From the NCBI GenBank assembly GCA_051362555.1, contig CM120649.1, positions 5,456,001 to 5,520,000 on the forward strand: a stretch of DNA of 64,000 bases, given 5' to 3'. The translations under genes were made by a program, and so were the position numbers. The notes below the pieces were generated by a model. It was not told the DNA's origin, did not search any database, and saw only the letters and a list, made by a program, of their open reading frames with translations. Shown here one piece after another: positions 1-14,128 of the stretch (positions within the stretch are counted from its first letter, which is position 1; every line of letters begins with the position of its first letter). The DNA is from Lingula anatina (taxonomy: Eukaryota; Animalia; Brachiopoda).

Positions 1-784
1 CTGAATGTCTGTTTTTTTATATTTATACTTGTGCATACACTGATACACACAGCCCTCCGATGGAGGAATGGATTAAAATAATGACACGTTTAAATGGTTT
101 ACACAAAAGTTGTTTCAAGTTTGTACTTCACTTATCTGGGGCTTAATTGCAATCACTGACACCTTAGCCCTGGATTGAAAAACATGTAGCAAACAGGATG
201 GTGAATGCCACTGAAGGGGCTTGTGAATAATTTGCTTCTTATCTATAGTGTTTCTGTGGTATTTACTGAAGTCATGTAAAAAAAAAAAAAAAACGGGATC
301 TCATTTTTTTTCTTTCACACCTGCTATAGTGAACTCTAGTGTTTTTAAGCGCCGGAGAAAGACGACGAAGCAAAAATGTTGCTTATGATAGATGTAGACT
401 GCATGTCAAAATGGTTTAATGAACTATAACAACATAGGCGTGAGTGTCCAACAGCCACGTACCACTCGAAATCATGTAAACAATCAGCAGCTGAAGTGAT
501 TCCTAAAATGTACAGGTTTTGACGAAAAAATATTGTTACATGAAAATTGTCACGCAATCTAACATGGCGCGGTGGAAATAACACACCAAAGCGCAGGATG
601 TTCTTCCTCTTGTGTAGCCAAGAGTGAATCAAAGATCACGATTCACATTGTTTGAATTAGTTTCATACCGAAGAAAAATGCATCCTTTGAACGTGTGTTA
701 TTGATAATATGTCAAGTGTTTTGTCAAAATATCCTAATCTAGCAAAATGCTCGTATAATTTGATGTCAGTTCGTGTTGGATATA

Positions 785-2447
785 CAGCATTGGTCAAAAA
801 GGTTGTCCCACCCCCATTTCCATGTACTTTTATTTACAAATGATCACCTCACAGCTGTGAACTGTTAGAAATAGTGCTTTTTATCACGGATACCGTGTCT
901 AACATGATTAATGGTTAAAAAAATACAAAATAGTGGTGAAAATATACATATTTTATACCATTTAGTAAAATTTATAAGAGGTACCCCCTCAAATCGACTG
1001 TTTCACTGTTACTACTACAGATGTAAAGAAATGTCTATAAAATTGAAAAGGTGCCATCAAATGTCACCAAATTCACACACAATTACCATTAGGGTGTGCT
1101 CGTTAAAGATCACGTGCCTAACAGCGTGTGCGTCTACCGCGTACTGCAATTATCTCCTGTAGACGGCGCGAAAAGCCTCCAACATGGGTAACAATTCTGT
1201 TATGTGGGATATTGTCCCATTCATCCTAAAGAGCGTGGCGGAATTAGTCAAGATTATTTAGGAATTGGTTCTCCTCTGCAATGCACATTCCAATTTATGC
1301 CACAGGTGCTCAGTAGGATTAATATCAGGACTCAAAGACGGTTGTCCCATCCTCAGAGCCCTGTGTTTCTGCAACAAATCGTTTGCCAGACGAGAGCTGT
1401 GAGCAAGTGCGTCGTCACAATGAAGCCAGTAGTATCCCTGAAGTCACCTCTTGCAAATGGAGTGAGATTTCTGTTGAGAATGTTACATCAAAATGCCCCT
1501 GTTACGTTTTGTTCCAAAAGGAACAATGTACTAATACCATGGGCTTGGAATGTTCTCCAAATGCGGATTGATCTAACACCTCAGGCGATATTATCCTGCA
1601 CACATCCTTCCAAGAGGCATTTTTTAACATGTCTATGGACCCTCTTTGACCATCGATGGGATACAAGAAATAATTTGATTCTGCATCAAAATCAACTTCC
1701 TTCCAGTGATGGATGGCCAGGTTCAGGTGCCTGTGGGATCACTGAACGTAGCATTCTCAGCTGATATCTCATTCCATCTGCAAGAATTGACTTTGGGGTT
1801 AACTTCAGGCTTTATCGTGACTGCACACTTGCTCACACCTCTCGCCTGGCAACTGTTTGTTGAAGAAACATAATGGTCTAAGGATGGAACCACCATCTTT
1901 GAGCCCTGATATCAAACTTACTAATCAACTGTGACATGTATTGGAGTGTGCAATGCAAAGGAGAACCAACCCCATAAAAGCGTGGACCAACTCCCCCAAC
2001 TTGTTTAAGAAGAATGGGACAATATCCCACAAAACAGAATTGTAACCCGTCTTGAAGGCTTGTCGCGCCGTCTACAGGAAATAAGTGCAGTACGCGGTAG
2101 ACGCACACGCTGTTAGGCACGTGATCTTTAATGAGCACACCCTAATGCTAATTGTGTGTGAATTTGGTGACATTTGATGGCGTCTTTTTAATTTTATAGT
2201 AATTTCTTTACATCTTTAGAAGTCACAGTGAAACAGTCGATTTGAGGGGGTACCTCATATAAATTTTACTAAATGGTATAAAATGTATATTTTCACCACT
2301 ATTTTGTATTTTTTAAACCATTAATTATGTTAGACACGGTATACATAATAAAAAACACTATTTCTAACAATTAACAGCTGTTAGGTGATCATTTGTAAAT
2401 AAAAGTACATGGAAATGGGGGTGGGACAACCTTTTTGACCAATGCTG
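785..2447. mobile_element. Non-autonomous palindromic Tc1/mariner element built from two inverted 3' ends
   Basis: Starts TA|CAGCATTGGTCAAAAAGG and ends CCTTTTTGACCAATGCTG|TA (TA target duplication). The inverted arms run about 570 bp (785-~1357 vs ~1880-2447). Both arms carry decayed Tc1 transposase C-terminus (SLSPDINPTEHLW on -; EEWDNIPQNRI...RRLQEISAVRGRRTRC on +). Confidence 0.88.
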
Positions 2448-3453
2448 TATAGCCAATGTCAAAGCATCCGCTAAATCAATTGTGGTAAACGCTAAAGCAA
2501 AGATTGATTCTCACTGTATTTATATGCACATTGGTTATTCCGATCTCCGAAATAACAATTTTACACAGGGGAGTCTGAAATGAGTCAGGAGCTTCAATTT
2601 TCTGATGTATCAAGTTACTGTTTTTCTCATCGTTTGAACGAAAACAAAATTCCCCGGCGCACATGAACATGCTTTTCTTTCTTCTTTTGTCAGACTGCCA
2701 TCAACCCCAACTTTGTTTATTTTCACAGTGATGGTTTTCCTCATGGCAATTATTTTCGAATTATTTCAAGTTTAGGAAAAATATTCATCTCAGAAAAGAA
2801 TACAAAACAAAAAAAAACAGGATATAACCATCACACATTAATTTGTGCAATCAAACGCATAAAAAGAATAGGAAGCAGACTCGTCTAATAAGCCCATCTC
2901 TTTGAATTTGATTCACTCATGATTTGATCCACTCAGTAAATCCCCACTGAAAGAGATACTTAGCGCCCAGGAAGAATTGATAAACAAGAGTAACCAATTG
3001 ACGGTCAACCAAACTCGATCGATCATATCAAAATCTCATGAAATAAACTGATTTTGAAGGAAAGGCGGGGGGGGGGGGGCATTAGTGAAATATTGATAGG
3101 ATATTTATATAAACGTTCTTTAAACTTATCAGTTGAAATTTAGCGAAATATCTAATACTTTATGTGGTGAGCTAACTCATAACCTGCACAGATTGTTTTC
3201 AGCAGATCAGTATCGTTTTGTGCATGTATGTCAGGCGTGTTTTGTGCCTTATTAATTAAGCATAAAAAACTATTAGGCTACCTCGGAGAACTGAACCGAT
3301 AATATAACTCCTAGTTTGCTAAACAAAATAGAGTAAACTAATAGCTTTGGTTTTTTATCTAAAACATAAGAGGGCATATCAATATACATTCATGCATAAA
3401 AATGGATAGGAGATACACTGCAAAGCGACCGGAGGGTTATGCTTTGTTACCAT

Positions 3454-3584
3454 CTACCAGGGCCGCAATTATTACTGTGGACATATTTCCTCAGGCGATT
3501 TGCACAGTGCAGCGATTAGCCATCTATTTAACCAGAGACACATCCGTTAATATCTAGTGAAAAATCAATCTGTGGCCCTGGTAG
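3454..3584. repeat. Small inverted-repeat (MITE-like) element
   Basis: CTACCAGGGCCGCA at the start and TGTGGCCCTGGTAG at the end form ~14-bp inverted termini; no clear target duplication. Confidence 0.35.
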
Positions 3585-4951
3585 AGGGTAATGCTTTGTT
3601 TGTTTGCTTTATTTGCAAGCTGCCAAAGAGTCTACAGGTAACACTGGCTGTGCAATTATATGAGATGGCAATGGGCTTGTGAACAGCGGTGAACAAATTG
3701 TCGATGCGGATTTAACGACAGACTTCTGTGGTAAATATTTATGTTTACAAATGAAATGTAAAGCAGATATGACACAGGTACTGTCTCCATCGTCGCGTGT
3801 TGACATGAGATCACAGCATTGTCGTGTTCTGGCGCACGAGCTCTGAGTAGCCATTAGTAAATTAAGGTCTTCTCTCCGTAGTCAAAGTCACGGGAAGCGT
3901 TCTGTTGGGATAAATGTGACAAGGACATTAATGTTTTCAATTTGGTTAAAAGTCAAACTTTATTGGCACATTGTCTGGGGATAACGGTAGACAAAAAAAA
4001 TTGCAAGGCATAAAAAACAAAATATTTAATTCAAACATTTTATAATTAATAAAATCTAAAACTCTTAGTTTGGGGTTATAAGATTGGATTTATTTTTAAA
4101 TCTGAACGCCTTTAGTAAAGACTGGCGTCGTTATTTACCCCACATTCAATAACTGCTAACCTCGCACAGGCGTCTACCTCAGTATTTTATCACTCGGTCG
4201 TTAAGGTGTTCTTGCTCGAGCAACACAGGGTGACTCCCCGCTCTCACCACCAACTCCAACCAATTATTGAACCGAGCAAATAATTTCTCCTTTTCCGTCC
4301 ATATAGCAACTATAACGTTATTTGGCGCCGAGCCATCGTCCATGTAATGTGGTGCTTAACCCCTGTACCGTGGACAGGTGTTACCAGAATGTTAATCCTC
4401 TGAATTAATGGACGCCCGGGTCCCACTGATAATAAGCGCATGTTAAGTTTAACCGAAAATATCTGGTCAGTATATAGAACGAATGGCACCTGTACAGTTG
4501 CAGAATGTCGAGAAACTGGTTACTGTCCTCAGCGAAGAACCATTTTTGTCACAATCATTATTTTCTCTCTGTCAAAACTGAAATCTATAAGGTATTTTTT
4601 TCAGATACGGTGCATCTGCGTATGTTCGATGCGTTTGCGAAGAAAGGACACGGAAAATGCGTCGAGGTTAATCTAATATTATATGAATGCAGGGCGCTGA
4701 AGTGTCTTAACGATTTTTAAAAACCAAGAAACTGATGTTTCTTTTTTTTCTATTTCTTTTTTTCAAAAAACACTTTGGCAACGCCATCTATTGTCATTTT
4801 TAAAATACGGCGATGACACCGTGAGACTTAGTCTTTTATTCGAGGGAAATGGGAGAGGACGGAAGGAAAGACAAGAGGCAGGTAGTGTCTACGGCGCACA
4901 GGAAGCCTTTACCGTGAAAGACTATACCCGTGCTGTCAAAATAAAAAAATG

Positions 4952-5023
4952 TTCCGATACCGGGAATCGAACCCGGGCCGCCTGGGTGAAAACCAGGAAT
5001 CCTAGCCACTAGACCATATCGGA
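4952..5023 (-). tRNA. tRNA-Glu (anticodon TTC)
   Basis: Reverse complement TCCGATATGGTCTAGTGGCTAGGATTCCTGGTTTTCACCCAGGCGGCCCGGGTTCGATTCCCGGTATCGGAA is 72 nt with intact stems, A and B boxes and a TTC anticodon. An oligo-T Pol III terminator follows (4943-4949). Confidence 0.96.
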
Positions 5024-6489
5024 GCTGATGAAAGAATGTTACTTTTTGCCAAATATATAGTAAAACAAAGCGTTTCTTTTGTTAAGGTAGAACATAATGG
5101 CTGTAACGCTCTCTTTTAATAGAGTTCAGAGACTGCGACAACCGGCGATCGGTGCCAACAATCGAATGTACTAGGTCGGCGGAGAAAGCTTAAAGGGCCC
5201 TGGAAGTCTCACTTTGCTGGACTGATGACTTAGTTTAATCATTTAAATTTAAAAAAAACTTTTTTTCGTGACCAGAAACTAGTGTCATTTTTGAAAACTG
5301 ATTATGACAAACCAGACAGGGAGGAGGGGTGTGCGGCCGTAGCGATTGTATACTCTAACACGGGAGAGTCCCACAAGTGCCTGCGTTTGTTCCATTACGT
5401 TGGTCATTGTATTGTAATGACATGAGTGGTGGACGAGGCAAACTATCTAGAACCAGGCTACAAACTAGTGATTTTCTGCAACCGTGCACCCTACCAACTG
5501 GGCTGTAAGAACCAGCCACCTACGACCACCGATCTTGCCGCGCCTCACCCTAGTCCACGCCCTACTTGACAAATGAAACTAGGTTAGTGAAAGATTTTTT
5601 TCACCCTGGCAAGGTGCGTGACAAGGGGCGTTGCAAGAGGCGTGGCACGCTGCCTTCGTATCTTCATCTCCAAGCAATGCATACGCCTTTTAAAATAAAA
5701 GAAATCTTCATTATAACTATGGATCTTAGATATGACGCTATATTTACAATTGAAATGATGCATGTTGAAGTGAAGGACAAATTGTTGTTTTATTAATTGG
5801 GCATTTTGATGATCTCACAGAAAATGAAAAACTCAACCATTTGTTACTGATAAAAGTTTATTGAAATGACAAAAGCTTTAGCACAGTTCAATTCAAACAA
5901 CACCAAATCGCTTATGATACTGTTCACAAAACGTTATAGCTAGTTCATCTCTTACGATAGAACAGGGCAAAGTGCAAACAAGTGATGACGCAAATATGCC
6001 TTGCATTCAACGACTCAAATGGTTCACAAAATCACTCACATGTTTTATGCACTTTAAAACTCAAATAATTGACCGAAACTAAGTTTTTTTAATGGCACTC
6101 ATTTATGCAACATCTTTCATTTCAAACCAAAGCAAATACATCCAAAATAAAATGACAACCACAGAATCTGTTTTAACATAAACAGAAGATGGCGGTGACC
6201 ATATCACCATCTCTTTTTAATTGACCATTATGTCTCTTCAGTTCATTAGATAGCACGTACTTAATCTAAGCCAAAGTACTTCTAAAGTCTAGTTAACCGG
6301 AAAAGTTGAGCACAAAGCGACATCCAAAAGCAACCGTGAATTAAGCAAAAGTGTCAAACATTCTTTGTGCATTTTAAATCAAGAAACTAAAAAAAAATCA
6401 CAGTTTAGATTGCTGATTTATTGAGCTCTTGTTTGCGTGAGCCTCACACTTAAGATGACTGGGTTGATATTAGGATGAGCCAGTCGAAT

Positions 6490-9400
6490 TTAGCCGTAGC
6501 AACGGAGACGCACTGCACTGTAATAGTAATATCTGACGTATCGCCTACCGTAGCGGTAAATGACAACGTATCGACGAAGAGTAATACGGCGATAGTAACA
6601 ACCGCGCTTTTGTCGACTGTTCCCTGAAATGTAAAACACATCAAACAACATAAAACACATTGACCAATTTTAAGTACCAAAGCATATTGGCATCTAATGC
6701 AAAGGCCATACGTAACATTTTTTTGTTCACAAAGTTGAACAATAGAACTCGATCTCTGACTCACGGATTCAATATCTTTATCTTACACGATAAACCAATA
6801 TTGTACCAAAGCTAAAAGAAACGTTATATTGATCAAAATAATTAACCATGTCAGCCGATTCAACCACGATTTATTAACTGGCTGCAATAACTTCTTTCAA
6901 GTTTGATTTTTTTGTATTTCCGAATTTCAGGCCTTTAGACCCAAAGTGCATAGTTCAACACATTGTTTAATAGGATGAAAATATAATAAAAGTAACAAAC
7001 ATTCTTAATATAAGTATGAAGATAAAGGTATGCATGAGTTCCACTGATTCAATGGTCTTGTTGTATTTTTTTCTTATTTAAGAAATCATTTTGACATATT
7101 AGAATAAGTATAATAATGCCTCCTTTCTTTCTCACCTGCCGGTGCCTTAGTGGTGGCGCCATCTACAGCACCGTCATCCTTCTCCGTCAGCCAATACGCC
7201 TCCAGATCCTTACAAAAGTCCCGTATTTTGGGACTAAGGAAGGATCTGTCCTTAATTGGAGAGGAGTTGGCAACGTATTGTGTTTGTTCATCCTCATCTG
7301 GGTTATTGATCTCGTCGTTTCTCTGAAAGAAGAATAATTTAGGATAATGTAACCCTTAATTATCATCCAGATGCCGTCATTGCGGTTTAAATGTTTTTGC
7401 TAGGGCATTATGAGTTCAATGACATATTTTCATCAAACAAAGGCATTATTTTGCTTTATAAATGTTAAAATCTTAAATAAGACTTTTAAGAAAAATCGCT
7501 GTCAAGGTTTTGGAGTACTATAGTGTCATTAAATTAACGGTGATCGTTGGTTCTTAGGTAAAAGAGAAACTTGAGAAATCGACTTTAACCCAAAATCGCA
7601 ATTATGACGTCATGTTAATTAATTAATGTTAATTAATTTAGTCACTGAACACTGAAGATTTATTTATTACCCAAAAAAATGTATGTAAGCAGTAAATAAG
7701 GAGTTTTGGGCGATGTGTGGCAATATGCTAAAGCTACCCGTCAAATGTCTATTTCAAGTATTATCATACAGTTTTCCATATTCAGTAAGCAAACGTAAAT
7801 AGAATTGCTCGTTCAACATTTAATGCTCTATGGTACTGGTTGCCTCAATCAAACAACACTTTAATCAAATTCGTCATTTTCCACGGATTGTTAAAGAGGG
7901 TGGGGGTGGGGGGGGGGGGGGGCAGTGGCCTCAATTTTGTGATAAAACTTTGAATTTCTGCATGGAGTTGGAAAACATTTGAATCTTTAAAAAATACTTA
8001 CAGCCTTTTCAAGACTGTTGGCCACGTCCTTGCTGTCAGCCTCGTCCGACTTGTTCATTGGCGTCACGTAGCAGGCAAACCTATTGTTCATCTCCATTTT
8101 GTACACCACAAGACCCTAAAATGGTGATTATGAATACCTTTATTCTTTTAGGCTGCAACAATAAAGAAAGTAAGTCATTGCAGTTATCTGGGTCATGTAA
8201 TCATACTTTCTCTGCCGATAACCAGAAATATTCTGTTCAGTAAGATTCGGCATCATGGCATCCAGAATTTTGATTTTAATAAAGGAAATATGACGCTGAT
8301 AAGGTTACCTGTATATTTTATACCCCGAATTAAACAACTGATTCTTACCATTTAATACTTCAAAAACTTTAAAGTGCTGTTATTAATATTTTGGTTTTAT
8401 CTTACCCTTGGGTTATCCATGGCAACGTGAAATCGCTCATCTGGAACGTTGTACACGGTGACATTGTCCTTGACATTGACCTTAATATTCTCATTTTCAC
8501 TCGTGCCGTCTTTGTTAGTGAAACGAAGGTGGTACTCCTGAAGAAAGACACCTTATTACGTTGATATTTCAGTGTTTTTTTGACGTTACTGTCGCGTTAG
8601 TACGCCATTGACAAGTGCCACATCACAATGACGCCAGAATCTGTTACACCAAACGAATGAATTATGAAAAAGTAGAACACATGTCATTAAAACAAAACAG
8701 TATTGATAAAAACAATAGAAACAGACATGGAATGTAAATAAATGGAGACTTCAAACATAGTATACTACAGTTAGTATGCCCACCTTCCACACATCTTGTG
8801 CTGCATTGTTAGAGATGTGAACTGCTCCCAATATTCCACCGACAGCAACAGCAACAACAACAATGACAGCAACAGCAACAATGATGTACTTCTTGTACGA
8901 CGCCTTGATCTGAAATCAAAAGTTTATGTATGAATCAGTCAAGGTGGCCAACATTTTGAAGACATTTTTAAAATGACTCACAAGCACTTTAAGTAACTTC
9001 ACATCATGTCTTTGTTTACCTCGTAATTCTCTAACCCCCTTTTCCAAATTCACATGCATTTGAAGTAACTTTACGTAATGTCTTTGTTTGGAGTTCGTTT
9101 GGCATTAATTCTTTATAACCCCTTTTCTCTTATACATCATGTTAAGTCTAAAGAGGTTAAGTCAACTTGTTTGGTAGTCCGTTTGAGGACTAAGAATCCC
9201 TTTGTCTTGGTTTACCAGTACCAGTATGATAACAGGAGTTCGATTCCCCACAACTAGTTACGACGGTGTCCGCATTATTCACCTATTTGTATATTTCACT
9301 CTTGACTTAATTTGGTCGGTTCCAGACGGACATAGTTTTTAATGTGACCTTCAACATCGTATCACAACATTTCCATAATTAATAGTGCAGTTTATGTTTA

Positions 9401-10240
9401 TAGATTTTGTATAAAAAAAGTCTTAAATGATTTAAATCAAATTTCAGCTGCTGATGAAGAGAAGAAGGAAGAGGCTCCTGCAGCAAAAGAGGAGTCCGGC
9501 GGTCTCTTTGATCTCTATTTGCCTGGATAGTCTCTTTCCCCGAGGAAGTTTAGATAGACATCAAAATGTTTGAGACATACAGCGATCTCAATGAACTAGA
9601 TTAAAATAAAATACAATAAAATGAAATAGAACAAAATAATGCTTCATTTTTATGAAATTAAACTTTCTCATTCAATGTCTGTATCATACTTTCGATAGGT
9701 TGGCTTTTCGAACATCCTCGTTTCTATCATTCGTTTTCTCATAAATTCCTGTTTGCTGTATTTAAGAATTTTTGAATCTCTTTTTTTTCCTTAAAAGGAT
9801 AACAACTCTTCGTATGAGATCTATATTTTACTATAAATACACAGTAAAAAAACTGACGAAAATATAATAATTTCTATTTTACCACAAAAACGGCAGTTAT
9901 AGCAATTATTCTTAAATCTGTGTTTGTCTTCCAATCACGTGACCTCCATAGATGGCTATACTCTGTAATTATCTCATAAGAGATTATTACAAAAACACTT
10001 CTCATAAAAAAAGGCGAGACTAACTTCGAATGTAGAAATGGATTCATTAACCATCAGTAAGTATGGAAAAATTATCATTTACACCAGGAAAATTCATTTT
10101 TTGGCCCAAATGAACAGTTGTTATCATTTTAACTTAGTATCCTTGCCACGTACCTCAGCGTCAGTTTGTCGAGGAGACGCACTATCCGTGACAACGGTCA
10201 CGCTTGGGTCGATCGACTTCTCGTTCACGGTTGGCAACAT
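6490..10240 (-). CDS. BRICHOS-domain precursor G1 (259 aa); predicted mature peptide GCYYRRITLRRYVVIYRYGRRYVRYYYYSAVRLRCYG (37 aa, 2 Cys)
   Basis: Six GT-AG exons: 10240-10154, 8909-8784, 8537-8406, 8115-8002, 7322-7136, 6623-6490 (intron phases 0,0,0,0,1); open throughout. Membrane anchor [22 protein letters not shown]; BRICHOS hallmarks AMDN, FACYVTPM, DFCKDLEAYWL; RQKR furin site; TATAAAA at 10314-10320. Most divergent paralog. Confidence 0.9.
9448..9512 (+). pseudogene. Fragment resembling the C-terminus of acidic ribosomal stalk protein P1/P2
   Basis: After tttcag the sequence reads ADEEKKEEAPAAKEESGGLFD, like the P-protein tail (EEKKEE...EES-DDDMGFGLFD) with the DDDMGF part missing. 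It lies in G1 intron 1 on the opposite strand. Confidence 0.55.
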
Positions 10241-10687
10241 CTTGAAAACGCACCGATGTCGTAATAACACGAGCAAACCTTTGGAAATGATGACAAGGAA
10301 GATTTAATTTGTCTTTTATACCTGCCGAATAATTGGCAACCTGCCAATTGTCTTGCAAACCTTTGATACGTTTTGTTTACTCAATCTTCATTTCCAGGGA
10401 CGACTTTACGAAGAACTGGATTTCATCTTATCCTTTAACGCGTTCATCGCTTGAAATCACGTAGCAAAATTTCAGTATGTAGTGAAGATTAAAGTCACAA
10501 CGGTGATATTCCAATCATTTTTTTTTTCAGATAACGCAACCGGGAAGTAGTGCTGTATTTACCAACTGAATGTTTGCAGTAGCGAGAAAGCGTTTTAAGA
10601 TGTACTAGTAGTATGATGTAATGCGTAAGTGTATACACACACAGTGAAGTGCAAAATACCCAGTATGTTTGTGCTTTGGATATTTGA

Positions 10688-10689
<2 letters not shown>

Positions 10690-10732
<43 letters not shown>
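10690..10732. repeat. (GA)n microsatellite
   Basis: Direct reading. Confidence 0.95.
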
Positions 10733-10736
<4 letters not shown>

Positions 10737-13109
10737 AAGAAGAAGAAGACGAAAGCGTAAATAGAATATCTTTCTACAAACTAGATTTTTTGGTATCTGG
10801 GGGAAGGGGATGGTATGATAAGATTGCTTGCAATATCAGTGAAGTCTTGATAAGAGAAGGGAAGTTCCCTTCTTCCAAGAACACAAGCATTCCCATGTGT
10901 TTATCACATGTTGCAAACGCAGGCAGGTTTTGTACCAGTTTTTTTGGGAGAGAGGTCGTTGGTCGACCCAAAGGCCACAGAAACAAGCGCGGTATGCAAT
11001 GACTTTATTTTGCTCCATTATGTGTTCATAATTTTTTTAAATCTCAGTTGCATACACAGCCATTTAAAGGCATGGAATAGTGTTTAACTAACTCCTCCGG
11101 AAGAGAAAATTAAAGTTAAAGACGAAGACATATGATACAAGGAGTATTTGGTGCCCGCCTAAAATTTCCTTTCACTTCTCCCTAAAAGCTTTTTTCGATC
11201 AGCTCTTAAATCTGACATGCCAAAAACTTGTTTCTGTCCAGAAATGCATTTTACCGGTTCTCTAGTCGTCAACGACACCAGTTTACAGAGTGAACTATCT
11301 ATTAAGTATTTTAAAAATACTTCACGTAATATCTTGTTTATTAATGACCTAAAGACTTATGTTGAAATGGTGGCCCTTTTGATTCTAGGACAGTTCCCTC
11401 ACCCCAGTCAATCACCCCATAGATAATACCCCCTACCCCCAAGAAAAAATTACAATTTTAGAATTAATTTTTCAAAGAATTTGTAAGTTTCATAAATGAT
11501 TTACCGAATATTTACAGTATGTAATTATATTCTCAAAATTAAAAAAGTTCTCCTATATTCTAAAGCATACCTGAAAGGTAACATAATTTAACATGCTAAA
11601 GACAAAATTTGTGAATTTGCCTTTACATTTTAAAATCGTCATTTTTCTTCTGAAAGCATATCGATGTCATTTTAAAACTCATCTGCATTTCATTTAATTG
11701 TTAGTCAGTTATCTGAATAACAGGTTGAGAAAATACATTAAACAATTATATATAAAAAGAAAAGGAAAACAAGTTTTAAAAGTCATTGTTTATTTGTCAT
11801 TGGGTAGTGGTGAAACAATTAAAACGACAGTTCCTCAAAGGAATACCTGGATAAGTGAGATTATTTGTTTGGAAATGCAGCTTAATTAAAGGCAGGGATT
11901 ATAATTTGTTCCCAGTATTACACTGTTTATTGTGAACAGTAGCATTTCATGACTGAAGGGGGGAAATGTCCGAGTAGATTTGTCCGGAGGGGGGGGGGGG
12001 GTGAATAACAGTCCTCATACTATCGAAACGGCTAGATCGAGGAGAAATGATATAGAAGTGATCATCGAGGGATAGAATTGAGAAAATCATAGAGGGAATA
12101 TACTCATTTTACTCCTTTCGAATATTTGTACTCCCCCTTACTTTTACTGCAATTAAAAACAATATCTTCTCAGTTTAGAAATACAGGTAACTGCTGCCAG
12201 GGATCCATTAATATTACTGGAAGTGAAAGTACATTCTAACAAGGCTTCTCTCTCAGTGGTAATTTGTGCACAGCCTTTCCTTATAGTTCACAGGTCCCAT
12301 TCCATAGTAAGTTATAAGCTATAACTGCATTCCCATGTCCAGTAGATATCATTTTATTTTGTGAAAATATGTGCATGACTATTTTACAATGTTGGCATTC
12401 GAACAATTCACTCCTATTCTGAAAACACGCTCTGGTTTCTTTGATTTGGTTAAGCAGAGAGATACAGAAATCAGGAATGGAATTTTGAATATCAAATATT
12501 TTCACATTACCATTATGTTAATCCTATCATTTTTATATCTAAAATAAGCTACACGGTCAGGACAATGGTTTCGTCTCGCTTATGTACGAGTAAAGGCATG
12601 ATGTGATTATAAAATGTTAAGTGAACCATGGGGCGGTAACATCCCAGTGTCCCCGTTAGCCTATACCCTTCTTCGGCCCATAGAAAGATCATTTAGTAGA
12701 GGCACATGCTGCATTGATTACGGTGCTTATATACATATCGCGTGCGTACTATCAGAAGTACACGCAGTTATATATGTTTAATGGAGTGAAAGGTGGTCCC
12801 CCCTCCCCGTCCTACTACATGTTGTACCACACGTCTTCCCCACCCCCATGGCAGAGTTAAAAAATTTGACCAGGAAGATACACAGGAGTTCTCATTCATT
12901 GATTTCATCTGCAGTGTGCAGGTCGCTCACGCTATTTTTAAAGCGATAAGAACTGTTACAGACTTAGTCATGTTACCAGGTGTTGGCGTTCACACCCTGT
13001 GTCAACAGACACTCAAATCCTCGTTATAGTGCGCGATCACAGGCAGGGCATATAGATATTTTCAGAGATTGTCGAAACAGGCAATTTTATTATAAAGAAT
13101 GTAAAACCT

Positions 13110-13490
13110 GATTTTACCTCCGACAAGGAGGTTATGAATTCACCCCCGTAAGTCTGTTTGTTTGCTTGTTTTTGTTCATTTGTCACCGGCCTACAAAGCA
13201 ACTCAAAAAGGTTAAAGGTGGACTTTCAGTTTCATGAAATTTTCGTAAGATGGATTAGACAGAAATGAGCTAGCTTAAAAGTGATTCGATCTTGGTAGTG
13301 ATGCGTGATCAGGGTGCCCACTTGGACCAATCGCCATTACGAGATAGGGCCAATGACCTTGACCCGTTTTGCAACGAATGAGCTCTCAACTACCACAATA
13401 TTGCTATTGGCTGCAACACACGCCAAGTTATTAATCCAAGTTATTAATTCTGGTCAGAAATATTTCAGTTTGACCGAAGGCGTTGGTAAT
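13110..13490 (+). mobile_element. Probable Helentron/HINE-like non-autonomous element (boundaries approximate)
   Basis: Begins TTTTACCTCCGACAAGGAGGTTATG (short hairpin), followed by a GTCTGTTTGTTTG tract and TTTCATGAAATTTT, a layout typical of such elements. Confidence 0.4.
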
Positions 13491-13519
13491 AACAACAAAA
13501 ACAACAACAATAATAATAA

Positions 13520-13550
<31 letters not shown>

Positions 13551-14128
13551 AAACTTTACTTAAAGAGGGTAAAACATGTTAAGTGTATAAACTTATCTTA
13601 CACATGGCCTGGTAAGGCGATTATAGTGTGTAACTCCCGCTCCCCTGCTTGGCGTCATAATTCTTGTCCAGTGTACATAAAAGATACACAAAAGGCGTTC
13701 GATATTGATATAGCCAAACAATTATTTGAGATTTTTACACCTCTCCTCGATGCGCCACGTTACACCCTTTTCAAAACCGTCCACATAATGACGATTCAAA
13801 AAACCAATTTTGAGTACGAAATGTCCAATTTTAAGGCATAGACGTAATGGTGATGGCTTTCGGTCAATTATACTCGTCACGGTAAAAATATAAATTTAGA
13901 ACGCGAAAACTGGTATGCACATGCACAGGCCGGCATTTTGTCATCCGCCTTGGGTTGGATATACTATATACCTTGGAGATTGAAGGGGATGTTGTTGGTA
14001 TTTTTAAGATTTTTAACTATTGCCTTGTACAGGTGTTTTGTCAATCATGTGCCTTTAAACAGCCACGGTGTCTTTATCACGTGCGGCATGACATCACCAC
14101 GGTCATTATTACTGGATAGACGCAAACC

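Noticed and set aside
345-632. Possible exon of a neighbouring gene
   Set aside because: No recognisable domain or partner exons in the window.
1204-1764. 186-aa plus-strand ORF
   Set aside because: Antisense to decayed Tc1 transposase; no independent protein features.
6450-6764. ORF-track frames over exon 6 (also 17469-17840) giving hydrophobic Val/Ala/Thr-rich proteins
   Set aside because: Exon 5 ends in phase 1 in every paralog, which selects the RQKR/Cys frame; these ORFs are the shifted frame and start inside introns.
10774-11018. Overlapping short ORFs with coding-like composition
   Set aside because: No motif I can identify; possibly a transposon remnant.
13305-13841. 178-aa ORF with poly-Asn
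   Set aside because: Spans a repeat end and an (AAT)n microsatellite; not gene-like.
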